Shown piece after piece: positions 26,215 to 38,956 of a DNA stretch of 64,000 bases. The number at the start of each line of letters is the position of its first letter. Position 1 is the first letter of the stretch. This stretch comes from Azolla caroliniana (lineage: Eukaryota > Plantae > Polypodiophyta), in contig JBHGNT010000004.1 of NCBI GenBank assembly GCA_043228905.1, positions 23,870,001 to 23,934,000 of the forward strand, read 5' to 3'. A program made the translations under genes and the position numbers. Under the pieces are notes generated by a model. It did no database searches, was not told the DNA's origin, and saw nothing but the letters and a program-made list of their open reading frames with translations.

Positions 26215-26934
26215 TCAGCCCACAGTTGGGGCCACTCCCTTCCTCAATGCCTTTACTGTTGCCTTGTCCACTCCGAATGCTTTCTCGAGTATCTCGTCGG
26301 GAATCTGAGGTTTAGACCCGAAGATGACGGCCGCCACATCCTCCCTTCCGGGGTTCTGGCTCCCGAGGGCCGCAATTGCCCTGGCCGGCTTCTCGTGGTC
26401 AGGATTTATCTGATAGTGGACTAGGCCTCTGGGGAACACGAAGAGATCCCCGGGTTGGAGGGTTGTCTGGAAGAGAGTGTAGTTGGGCGCGGCCGACAAG
26501 AATGCGACCACGAGCGTGCCCTCGGCCAGGTATAAGGCCTCGCTCGCTCGCGGGTGCACATGTGGAGTATTGAGACCATTGGGCTGGAAGTCGAGGCGGG
26601 CTATGGAGAGGCCCAGAGTGTTGAGCCCCGGGAACACGTTCACGGTGGCGAGGTTCACGGCCGAGCCGAGGGCCGCATTGAACTCGGCCGAGCTGCGTAG
26701 CGCCTCGGACGTGAAGTCGGACACGGTGACGGTGTCCGCAGGCTTGCAAATGTAGCCATTTATAGGGATGTTGGAGCCGAGGTCGGCCACACAGAAATCT
26801 TGGAGGGGGTCCTCGTCCGCGGCTCCGACAAGGAGGACAAGAGAGGATGCACTAAACAACATGAGTACCATCAATGTGAGTAAAGCATAAATGCTTGTGT
26901 GAGGGGGTGAGGAGGTGATGATGGAGGAGGCCAT
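26215..26934 (-). CDS. Germin-like protein (intact, intronless, secreted cupin)
   Basis: 239 aa; hydrophobic signal peptide; PLQDFCVAD...NGYICK; germin boxes GLNTPHVHPRASE and FPRGLVHYQ with His/His/Glu/His Mn ligands. Confidence 0.93.
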   Translation of the reverse strand: MASSIITSSPPHTSIYALLTLMVLMLFSASSLVLLVGAADEDPLQDFCVADLGSNIPINGYICKPADTVTVSDFTSEALRSSAEFNAALGSAVNLATVNVFPGLNTLGLSIARLDFQPNGLNTPHVHPRASEALYLAEGTLVVAFLSAAPNYTLFQTTLQPGDLFVFPRGLVHYQINPDHEKPARAIAALGSQNPGREDVAAVIFGSKPQIPDEILEKAFGVDKATVKALRKGVAPTVG

Positions 26935-27085
26935 GTTAGTTAATTATGAACTTTGTATGAGGTATATTCAAGCTAGATGGTTAATACTTGAACTTTGGCT
27001 TTTTTTTTAGGTCTTTACCCTTAGCACCTTCTCTTTAATGTCATGTCTATGGACAGGGCTCTTGCACTCAATTTATACTAACCAC

Positions 27086-27134
<49 letters not shown>

Positions 27135-29705
27135 ACAAAGCCAAAATGAAATGTAGATTGAAGATTGACATCATGAAATTGTGTGTGACAATGGCCCTCC
27201 ATCCGTCTCTTTTGAATACATTGGTAATCGTCGTGACAATCAATCGAATGCGAGCACAACACGTCCGACTTCACATTTCGAAAGGATCAGTTGTTTGGTT
27301 GAAATTCTCTAAGAGATGTTTCATTATAATTTATACCTTGCCATTCGATCTTTGATGAGTTGTTCATTTAGCGGACTACTCTTGGTGTCTTCTTCATCTT
27401 TTAAATTAAAGCATTGTACATATTAAAACAAAACAACACGACAACATGAATAGCCCTTATTGTCCTTGCTACATGACTAGTCAATATCCTATGAAAGAGG
27501 ACATGATGTATTGAATGAGATACGTGATGTATTGAATGAGCCCCTCTCGCCACACCGTTGGAATTGGATGACACTAGAAAATATATAATTTACAAATACT
27601 ATTTTATTTATATGAACCTTGTCAATATTTTGTATTTCTTTTAAAAACAACACATATTTGTATCCTACCTTCCTAAGGGAAACCAACAAAATTTGCCCTC
27701 TCATTAACCCAATAGATCACCTTTGATACACTTACAAGTTATGAAACATTGATTGTTGGAACTTCGATAGTAATTGGTTGAATAACATTGTAGATTGTAA
27801 TGAGGACACGTTTTAATTCATATTGGCTCTCATCATTAGTCAAGTGTGATCAAGTGCAAATAGTTATAACTTTACAACCCATTCTAAATTATTTTAGAAT
27901 TGCAAGGTACTATCTTTCGAGATCTAGGTTACAAATGCTCTAATAAGTTGAAACTCCTTGTAATATCTAAGGGTAGTTTTTGGAATTTTTAACCATGTAT
28001 TATTTCATGAGATACTTCATAACTTTTCAACCTGTTTAGGCCCTAGGATATCCTCCTTTTCATGATGAGCCCCTTTAATGTATCTTCTACATAACATATC
28101 CTACCAAATTTATGATTGTTTATGAAATTCGTAATCTTCGATAGTTAATACTTTCTTGTTGTCAAAAAGTCAACCTTGTGCATGACTCACAACATTGAGG
28201 TGATGAAACGAAATTGAGCATGGATTAATAATTAATTGATAATGCTTGAGGGATGTTGAAGTTCTAATCAATTGGTAATCGAGAACTTTTGTCATGTCAA
28301 AAAGTCAACCTCTTGAGTGTCCATCTATATATGCATGTTGCCAAGTTCCAACATTAGTTCTTTGTTGCGTTTTAATTTGTGGGATCTTGAACCTAGGTTC
28401 AACACATAGAATTTGTGTTTAAATCATCAACCCCTTCTAGATCCTATTTTATATTGATTAAGATAAAGGGTTGTTTTCGAATAAGTGCCACTTAAGCTAA
28501 AGGACCATATGTGGACATACATTATCATGATCTCGTGTGTCCACGTGAAGAAAAGCATCAAAACTCTAGGTATATGAAATGTTGGAGTTTTGGACGAATA
28601 TATGACTAGTAGAGAAGTGCAAGGTGAATGTTAAGATAACAAAAACATGCACCTTAATTGGCAAGAGCTTACTCCCAAAATGAAATTGTCAAGGGTTTGA
28701 AACCTACGAAGTTAATATCTTGACTTTAATTGATCGAATGAAGGATGCTAATGTGAATGATTTATTAATCAACATATTCCTCACACCATGCACCATGCAC
28801 TTTGAGAATATAAGTATAGGTGCACACTAAAAAAGAGGAGAGTAGTATTTTTAATTGCAAGAGGAGCTCTATGAGGGACAAGAGAGCTCATTTTCAAGTA
28901 AGGGATTCGATACTAGGCGGAAGCACTATCAAAATTTCATCTGAGCTTAGGATTGTGACACAAGGGGGCATTCATGACAAAGTTGTCACTTGTGGGTACA
29001 CTAAATTGAAACTCGAGGATCTCCTCCTGAAGTGTTCTTCCTATTATAATACCCCTATCTTACCTATTGTTGTTTTGGCTACTTCATAACGGAGTTGAGA
29101 CTTGGTCTCATTTGTATCTATTCAATATTATGAGACTTTTTTATGTAATATGAGATTTTAATACCTACGAACTTTAATTTGGTAATCCTATAGTAGTCTT
29201 TTGTAAATCATAATCAAACAAGGATCTCTATGGATTTTTCTACTCGAAAATCCAAACACAATGCTTGAAGATATGCAAATTTGACAAAAGATGGATTCTG
29301 GAATCAAGCACCAAAGTATTCATATAGCCGACGCAAAGAGACCACTATGAGGTTGTGGCAAAAGTTTCTAAACATGAATCTGAGCTATCAATGGAAAGTT
29401 ACGGGAGAAGGGAATTTCATAAGACGAGGATTGCCTACCACACGTAGAATTCACTTTACACTTTATGGAACATATTAAGTCTATACGCAATAATTCCTTA
29501 GACATATTAAGTCTATACCCAATAATTCCTTAGACCCTTCTTTTTTCCCCAGATACCCCTCAATTACCAACTGTCAAACTATATACATATATATAAAACC
29601 TCTATTTTCTAAAGATCCCCTTGTCCCTTTATTAAGATTAAACTCAACGAATTCACACACATTACAACACACTATCTCTACACATCCACATAAAAACAAA
29701 CATAC

Positions 29706-29939
29706 TTAATTGCCGAGGCCCAGGACTAGCTGGCTCAAGTTGCAGAGGAACCAAGAAGTGAAGTCTAAGGGGGTGATGGAGGAGGGGGCCTTGCAAGGGA
29801 GGGGGCCATTGATAAGGAATGGTGAGGCGAGGTTGGTTACACAGAAATCTCCGAGGGGGTCAGAGTCGGAAACGGAGACAGATCGAAAGATGGGGATTGT
29901 GTGGAGTAGGGAGAGTAGGATTAATGCAATGGGAGCCAT
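29706..29939 (-). pseudogene. Germin-like protein pseudogene (3' two-thirds deleted)
   Basis: MAPIALILLSL...DPLGDFCVTNL...NGPLPCK is paralogous to 35693-35941. The cupin core is missing and the fragment joins directly to the downstream flank. Confidence 0.85.
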
Positions 29940-30007
29940 TTTGTGTGGAAGTAAAGTCTACTATTTGGTGATTTACAAATGAGCCTAGAAGATGGTTATA
30001 TACATAG

Positions 30008-30262
30008 TATGAACCATACGTACCATACGTGCATTCGCATTCGTGAATGTTTCAATCATTTGTGTAAGAAAAACACCCTCAAAGAATGATAAATACCATA
30101 CTTTTGGATTAACTATTTATTATGAGGTAAATAAGCCTAAAAAATGGGGGGGAAACAAAAAAAAAACACAAGAATGTTTGAATAACATTCGCATTCGTTT
30201 TCCAACATAGGAAAACGAATGTTATGCTAGACGAACACGAATTTTACGTACTATGGTTATAT
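30008..30262. mobile_element. MITE-like insertion
   Basis: Absent from the paralogous site near 36000; imperfect inverted ends AACCATACGTAC / GTACTATGGTT in a TA-rich context. Confidence 0.55.
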
Positions 30263-32401
30263 ATAGGTAGGTAGGTAGGTAGATACATACATACATACAT
30301 ACATACATACATACATACATACAATGTGCCATGGTATCCATTAGAGCTACTAGTTCTAGTGAAAAAGAGAGGACCCTAATCCATCCTACATTATTCATTC
30401 ATTCTTGCATTCATGAGAGGACGTTTAACTGAAAATTGAACACATCAACTCTTCATTTATTCTTTCACTACCCAATTGCTAAAGCAATAATTTATAACTA
30501 AGTAGAAAATTATAGTTTACTGAATAAAACTCCATCTATTATTACTACTTCCAACTTAACAAAACACAACACAAAAGAGTGTGTATTGAAGTCCCTTAAT
30601 TATGTCCAATTTTAGCATTGTAGCTTGGGATAACCAAAACGGGTAGTTCTAACAAGTGTTCCTATATGACTTTATAAACACGCGTAGGTGTTGAAATGTC
30701 ATTCACATAAAATGGGACACTAGATGGTGAAATGTCATTGAGAGAAAAAGAGTTGGGACACTCGGTAGTGATTAAATGTCATTGGGACACATGCGGGTTC
30801 TTTATGCAAGGTGGGCCGCAAGTGTCTTGATCCTTGTGATCCTTATAAGGAGAGACAACACACAAATATGTGAGCATGTCAACGTGGCTAATGGTTGTAT
30901 TAATGATGACGGTCTGACTCATATGATCATATATTCTTGTAATTGTGCGCATATTTTAATACATGAATAACCAATCATGCTTGAGGGATTGTGAAGTTTT
31001 AATCAGCTGGTGATTGAGGACTTTTATCATGCCAAAAAGTCAACCTCTTGAGTGTCCATCTATATATGCATGTTGCGAACATTAGTTTTTTGTTGGGTTT
31101 TAATTTGTGGGATCTTGAACCTAGGTTCAACTCATAGAATTTGTGTTTAAATCACCAACCCCTTCTAGATCCTATTTTATATTGATTAAGATAAAGGGTT
31201 GTTTTCGAATAAGTGCCACTTAATAAAGGACCATATGTGGACATACATTGCCATGAAGAAAAGCATCAAAATTCTAGGTTTATGAAAGGTTGGAGTTTAG
31301 GACGAATGTATGACTAGTAGAGAAGTGCAAGGTGAATGTTAAGATAACAAAACATGTACCTTAATTGGCAAGAGCTTACTCCCAAAATGAAATTGTCAAG
31401 GGTTTGAATCTTGTGAAGGTAATATCTCGACTTTAATGGGTCAAATGAAGGCAATCTAACTGGATGATGATCGACATATTCCTCACACCATGCGCCATGC
31501 ACTTTGAGAATATAAGTATAGGTGCACACTAAAAGAGAGGAGAGTAGTATTTTTAATTGCAAGAGGAGCTCTAGGAGAGACAATAGAGCTCATTTTCAAG
31601 TATAGTAATTCGATACTAGGCGGAAGCATTGTCAAAATTTTACTCGAGCTTAGGATTGTGAATCAAGGGGGTGTTGATGATGAAGCAGTCATTTGTGGGT
31701 CTGCTGAACTGAAACTTGAGGATCTCCTCTTGAAATATTCTTCCTATTATAATAGCCCTATGTTACCTATTGTTGTTTTGGCTACTCTGTAACGGAGTTG
31801 AGAATTGGTCTCATTTGTATATGTTCAATATCATGAGCCCTTTTGATGTAATATGAGATTGTAATTACCTACAAATTTAGTTTGGTAATCCTATTGTCTT
31901 TTGTAAATCATAATCGAACAAGGATCGCTATTGCTTTTTCTGGTCAAAAATCCAAACACAGTGCTCAAAGATATGCGAATTTGACAAAAGACGGATTCTG
32001 GAATTTAGCTCTCTAGTATTCATATTGTGAGGTTGTGGCAAAAGTTTCTAAACGTGAATCCAAGCTCTGAGCGGAAAGTTACGAGGGGGAAATGAGGATT
32101 ACCTGCCACGCATAGCATTCACTTTACACTTTATGGAACATATTAAGTCCTTACCCAATAATTAGCCCCGCCTCCCCCCCCCCCCCCCCCCGAATACCCT
32201 TCAAATTACCAACAAATTATATACATACATATAAAACCTCTATTTTCTAAATATCCCCTTATCCCTTTATAAAGATTAAACTCAACCAATTCACACACAT
32301 TACAACGCACTATCTCTACACATCCACATAAAAACAAACATACTTAAATATATATAATATATAAATTTATATTTATATACACATACTTGAATGCATATTC
32401 T

Positions 32402-33020
32402 TTTTTTTTTTTTCCAAAAACATCTACTTCCATTAGTTAAGAATGTACAAAGGAATCATTTACAACTCATATCTTACAAGACATCTTGCATGTCAAAGGA
32501 AAACAATGTGTAGATGAAACAACATAAATAAATAAAACCACTCCAAAACACCACATCATTCTATGTGTATGGCATTACTCGAACCCATATTCTCCACGTG
32601 AGCCTCATACAAAACAGAATTCAGCATAGATGTCCTCCATTCGCTCCTCATGGCAGCACCCATCTAGATGTTAGGAACACTTGGAGGGAACAGCCACCGC
32701 GGTGGTTGATAATTCCACTTCACTTTACCATCCATTAACTGCAGCATCGACAAACCGCTCCATTTCCGAAGGAATCGAGCTCTAGCTTCTTCACTTGCAT
32801 CAGATGGCCCTTGAAGACTTTCAAACTCACCTCGCAACGTAGAAATAAGATTAAACCAGATCATCATTAAATTCTCAGCTGGTGGGGTTCGTTTACCTGC
32901 GAGGGTCTCCTTGCACCGAGATACCCACACTTGCCAGACCGTAAGGCCGACCACTAATACCCATATGTCCACGTAGTGTTCCTGTAAGAAGAATAAACCT
33001 CCTTGCGTTGCTGGTTCTAG
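32402..33020 (-). mobile_element. 5'-truncated L1-like LINE
   Basis: Poly(A) tail (T-run 32401-32412); TSD TGCATATTCT at 32392 and 33021; ORF2 C-terminus VWQVWVSRC...WNYQPPRWLFPP. Confidence 0.85.
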
Positions 33021-35242
33021 TGCATATTCTAGTGCATACATCTATATCCATATATTTTCCTTGCACATAACCATTCATGCAAATATAATTAACATTTCTA
33101 CATATGCATCTACTACACCACACCCCCCGCCCCCTTACAAAGGTAGCAATAATTGTGAGTATCCTAAAGTTGACAACACGAGCCAAATCCATCCTCTCTG
33201 GCTCAAGTCCCCAATGGTCCTGCTCAGTTTTATACACACTTGCACATTCTCGTGACATCTTTGGTTCGCACATATTCTTGCAACAACATATGATTGGTTG
33301 AGGCTGTGTGTATACAATTATGAATTTGATAGCTTGATCAAGTATAACATGTAGGCTCTTGCTCATTCTCGTGACATATTTGCTTCGCACATATTCTTGC
33401 AACAACGTATGATTGGTCGAGGTTGTGCGTATACAATTATGAATTCGGTAGCTTGATCAAGTGCAACATGTAGGCTCTAAGTAATAACATGGACTACTAA
33501 CCACCTTGATTAATTAAAGCTTGATATAGTATGTCAAAAATATAGATGATCATGGTGTATTTTGTTAATTTTAGAACACATCAATCTTCCCTTTAGTATT
33601 GATGATTTCAATTGTTCTTATTTGTATATCCATGTAATGATTTCAAATTTGCGTGAATTAATGTTAATTTGATATCAATATTTACAAGCTCGCGGCGTAA
33701 CATTTCATTTATAGTTGAGTTTTATGATATAGCATATTCCATATTGAATCAAAGTGCACACTTTCCATAACTATAAAGTTTAGGTACAACCCCAATATTT
33801 GAAAACATTTGAAGGAACTTTGTTCCGTCTAATTTGCACATGCCACATTTGACAACTACTTTTGAGTTTGAAAAGTTGGTGATACCTTGAAAGTTTGAGA
33901 TGGTTTAGAACAAAAATATTCCACATGGTTACCGCTGACCAAGATTGTCCTTAAGGTTCTAGCTTTGTGTATCTTTGCCATTTGGAGATTGTTACATGAA
34001 GTATTAAACACAGTAATCAACCTTTAATAATGCATGAGTTGCCATGTTTCATTATACAAATGATCCTTCGTTGAAATATTGTTTACCAAAACAACTAGGG
34101 TTTGAGCAATAAGACTAGCAATCCTTATGTTTGCATGGCAAAAAACCATTAGGAGGACAATGTATGGAAGAAACAACAAAAAAAATCACAATGATAAAGA
34201 ATAAAAGTACACAATGTAGGCCTCGGCCCTCAAACTAATGTTTGTTGAGTAATTTTCATTTTGTTTTAATAGTTGGTGACTTAGGATCCACACGTGTGAA
34301 TGAACAAACAAATTTTCCTTTTGCCTAGAAGGGTGGCCAAGTATACCCCCATTTTCAATCATTTTGGTTTAAACAATTTACTATCTCTCGGTAAAGTATT
34401 TCTCACGTGAGGGTATTAAAAGGAAGTATACTCCGCCTATACTTTTCAAGCTAGTTAGACTTAAAACTCGTTACATTGGATTGTACATGCGCAATCGTCC
34501 TATCATCATAATGTCAATATTTGACAACTCTCTAATCTTAATTTGTTATCAGACTTTATTTGAACTGAAATGCATTTAGGGTGCAATTTGGTCAACGTGA
34601 TACCATCCAATTATGGATCTCTACATATTTGAGGACATGCATGGGAAACATTAGTTGATTGGGAGGTGATTATTATATCACATCCTCGTGTCCAAAGGAA
34701 CATAATTGCGATGTGTGCCTAGTGGCCATGTTGAAGTAAGCAAAGAAAAGCAAACTTCAACTATGTGTGTTGAAGTTTTGGGGATTGGGAGGTGAAACAA
34801 ATATGTGAGTATTATATCACATCCTCGTGTCCAAAGGAACATGACTACAATGAGTGCCTAGTGACCATGTTAAAGTAATCAAAGAAAAGTGAACTACGAA
34901 CGATGTGTTAATGTCATACATGTTCCCGCCCTCCCTCCCTCTCTCATGTTAACAACTCTAGCTCTATGAATTGTTGACCAAATATCACTTAGGGCTATTA
35001 ATATACAAAGATCACTTAACACTATGAATTGTGACGCATTATTGATGTAGTTCCTATGGAATTATATGTCACGGTAAGGATAATGGGTAGATTCGATATA
35101 ATCTTAGGAGATGAGTTATTGTGCACAAATGAGAGATAGCCACACACACTCGATTGTACTAGATAGGCCCCCTTCCGAAGCACCATACACACACATGTCT
35201 CTTTGCTTGTTGCTTAGTAGTTCATATTCAATCACATGCTCA

Positions 35243-35941
35243 TCATACTGCTGCTGGTACTTTAGTTTGGAGCTCCTTGATCAGGGCCCTACTGACCCCA
35301 CCCAATGCCTTCTGGAGTACATTGGTCGGGACACTAGAGGCCGGTCCGAAAAGCGCCACCGCCACATCCTCCCTCCCGGGGTTCTGGCTGTTGAATGCTG
35401 CGATCGCACGTGCGTTCTTCGAGCAGTCGACATTAATCTGGTAGTGCACGAGCCCGCGCGGGAACACGAACACGTCGCCCTTGTAGAGCGTTTGCTCGTA
35501 GAGCGTATAGTTGTGGCCCGCGGACACAAATGCCACGGACAAGGTTCCCTCGACCACATAGAAGACCTCGCTGGCACGTGGGTGCACATGGGGGGGGTTG
35601 AGGCCATTGGGTTCGAAGTCGATTCGGGAGATCGAGAGGCCCTGGGTGTTGAGGCCTGGGAACCTCTCGACATTCACGAGGTTCACGGCCACGCCGAGGC
35701 CCGGGACTAGGTGGTTCGAGTTGCGGAGGAGCTGGGAACTGAAATCCGAGGGTTTGACGGAGGAGGGAGGCTTGCAAGGGAGGGGACCATTGACATGGAA
35801 GGGTAAGGTGAGGTCGGCTACGCAGAAATCTCGGAGGGGGTCGGGGTCGGAAGCGGAGATGGATCGAAAGATGGGGATTATGTGGAATAGGGAGAGTAGG
35901 ATTAATGCGGTGCGAGCTAAGGTGGGAACAATGGGAGCCAT
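35243..35941 (-). CDS. Germin-like protein (intact, intronless, secreted cupin)
   Basis: 232 aa from MAPIVPTLAR; signal peptide; DPLRDFCVAD, GLNPPHVHPRASE, KGD and FPRGLVHYQ motifs. Confidence 0.93.
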   Translation of the reverse strand: MAPIVPTLARTALILLSLFHIIPIFRSISASDPDPLRDFCVADLTLPFHVNGPLPCKPPSSVKPSDFSSQLLRNSNHLVPGLGVAVNLVNVERFPGLNTQGLSISRIDFEPNGLNPPHVHPRASEVFYVVEGTLSVAFVSAGHNYTLYEQTLYKGDVFVFPRGLVHYQINVDCSKNARAIAAFNSQNPGREDVAVALFGPASSVPTNVLQKALGGVSRALIKELQTKVPAAV

Positions 35942-36671
35942 TGTATGGAAGTAAAGTCTACTTATTAGATGATTTACAAATGAGCTAGAAGATGGTTTAT
36001 ATATATGTAACATACAATGTGCCATGGTATCCATTAGAGCTACTAGTTCTAGTGAAGAAGAGAGGACCTTAATCCATCCATCCATCCATCCATCTTGCAT
36101 TCAATCATTCATGTTCATGAGAGGACGTTTAACTGAAAATTGAACACATCAACTCTTCATTCATTCTTTCACTACCCAATTGCTAAAGTAATATAACTAA
36201 CTAGAAATAGTTTACCAAACAAAACTCCATCTATTATTACTACTTCCAACCGAACACAACACAAAAGAGTGTGTTGAAGTCCATTAATTATCTCCGATTT
36301 TAGCATTGTAGCTTGGGATAACAAAACCGGTAGTTTTAACAAGTGTTCCTATATGACTTTATAATCACGCCTAGGTGCTGAAATGTCATTCACATCAAAT
36401 GGGACACTAGGTGGTGAAATGTCATTTAGAGAAAAAGAGTTGGGACACTAGGTACCGGTGATTAAATGTCATTGGGACACATGAGGGTTCTTTATGCAAG
36501 GTGGGCCACAACGGACTTGATCCTTGTGAGCCTTATAAGGAGAGACAACGCACAAATATGTGAACATGCACACGTGGCTATTGGTTGCATTAACGATGAC
36601 GGTCCGGCTCATATGATCATATATTATTGTAATTTTGGGCATATTTTAATACATGAATACCTCTTTTTACC

Positions 36672-36723
<52 letters not shown>

Positions 36724-38690
36724 AATTGAGGGAGGAGACAACGTACTATGTTCATGACAATGTGTGAGGCAGAGAGAGTGGACATGCTCAGAATATATGT
36801 GTATGTATATGTCTCTATTACATTACATGTCAATGTATTCTTGCGTGTATCTTACAATTTCGTGGAGAAACTAAATATTTATAGGCGAAAGCTTGTTAAA
36901 TAGAGCTAAATAGTACTATTTCTTGTGAATTTCATCTTGTATTTTAGTACAAAACCTCTTTTAAAAGATAGATAGATACACACACAGATTGCCATACAAA
37001 TGTGTGAGATCATTTTCAAATTGTAAGTGTTACATGATATGTCAATAAGTTACGTGCATCTCGCCATTTCACAAAGCACTAAGTTTTTTGGAGACCAATG
37101 ATAGTTCTAAATCAATAAACTTGCAAGAGTAAAAATTGAAAAAATGATGGGTATTTAGAGAATATAGATAGAGTTTTCGGTAACCAATCATACACACGGA
37201 GCGCCCACTAATTAATTTACTCAACCGATCATAGAATGTTATCATTACCAATGAGCAACCTTATCCAATGAGCTACATGCAACTTGTCTTTTTGAGAACT
37301 TCTATCACAAAGGGTTCATTTGATCTTTTTCCTACTCAAAGATAACACTAGTACTAATATAAGTTATTGACCTCTCTCATAAAACATAGAGATTTGAAAA
37401 TGTTTATGGTATCTCTTGTTTACTTAACATATGGCACCTACATATTTCGGAAGAGTGCTTTGTAGTAATTGTTGGTCCATGGGTTATGTTAGCCCACATT
37501 GAAGGTATGATCGTCTCTTTCTCTAAGTTGAACTATCAAAACTCCTATCATTTATTGACTTGTTCATTCTTTTTTTATAGTTCTCAATGTGTAATGAGTT
37601 CTATTGTAGGGTAGATAGGTGTCAATGAATCCATCAATCATAATTCGGTTATTAATCAATTAATTTGGTTTACTCATTTCATATATCCTACTTTTCCTCC
37701 ACATGATGCCCTCTATTGCGAATTAGTTATATATGATAAATAACACATCTTGGGATAAAAGATCACATGCTTGTCTATTATTGTAATAATATATTGTAAA
37801 CCTAGTTAGTGTTCTTATTGACCAAACAATTTGTTCCATTTATTACAAAGGGGTCGGGTCAACCACTTGTTTGCTATGCCACTCATGAAAAAATTGTTCC
37901 TTAAATTAATTGAACATGCATTACTCTTCACATGTATTTTTTAATATGACGAGGTCCAAATTTCATGACAATCTAGCTTTGCATACTAGAAACAATGCAT
38001 ATGGTACCTTTTTGCCAGACGTATGTGGGGGGAGGACTACAACCTAGAAACATGTTTTTTCCATATTTTTAGTTGACATATATGTATAGCCAGCCGGTTT
38101 TCACAACATTAGTTTTACATGCCTTCAATTGAATTAACACACAAGTGTTTTTACCTTGGTCTATATTCACATATATCCACTTCAACCATAGCTAATCAAG
38201 AGAGCGTCGATCTAGGAGTGGGATTCCCATTGGTAAAGGGAAAATTCTAAAGGTAAATAATACAATAGGTGGTTTGCTAAGCCCAGAATTGCGGCACCAA
38301 TGGCATGTCCCAACAAATGAGTGTGAAACGAGCTCTAGTCTATTTAGACGACCCACCACATCTGGAAGCTTGAAAGTGTTTCATGATGAAGCAAAATGCC
38401 ATCTTCCTTTGAAGTTTAAATAACATGAACTTCTCTTCCTACAGTAAATAATACACAACTAACTTTGATAACAAGTGGTTCGCTAAGCCTAGAATGGCAT
38501 GTCCTGATAGATGAGTGTGGAACGAGCCCTAGTCTATCGAGACGACCCACCACATTGGGAGGCTTGAAAGTGTTTCCCGATGAAGCAAAATGCCATTTTC
38601 CTCCAAAGTTTAAATAACATGGACTTGTCTTTCCACGATATAGTATATATTGATTCCTCGAAACATTTAGTGGTATGTAGAGAAAGAAAC

Positions 38691-38699
38691 AAACCCTAA
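38691..38699 (+). promoter_or_regulatory. Possible telo-box upstream of PPR gene
   Basis: AAACCCTAA about 260 bp upstream of the ATG; a single short motif that could be chance. Confidence 0.35.
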
Positions 38700-38956
38700 A
38701 CTTCTACAAAGGTTCGGGTCGACGGAGAGCAAGTTTTGTCGGTAAAAAATGAAATGCGGACACAAGGGCCGGTTTCCGTGTGTGCCACGATTCTTGTCCC
38801 AATCTCTTAACAACCATTTTCAACTAAATCGTGAGACATGGGTTTATATGATTCCTGAGTATTGCTCTTCTATCTGTGGAAATCTGGCGATGGAATCCTC
38901 AATCAACAAAATGCATCTGTCTTAGGTGACACCCTGACGCTCAATCCTGCTATACC

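Larger units (their letters stand above)
23205..27130. repeat. Segmental duplication, paralogous to parts of 2277-13320
   Basis: Colinear blocks: 2277-2757, 5400-6604, 8645-8973 plus 9985-10515, and 12250-13320. Confidence 0.9.
28240..36660. repeat. Tandem segmental duplication (28240-30970 vs 30975-36660)
   Basis: 28240-29705 matches 30975-32345, and 29712-30970 matches 35693-36659. Confidence 0.9.

Noticed and set aside
35942-36100. N-terminal extension of the 285-aa germin ORF
   Set aside because: It runs through (TGGA)n and the TATA region; the signal peptide and the paralog both begin at MAPI (35941).
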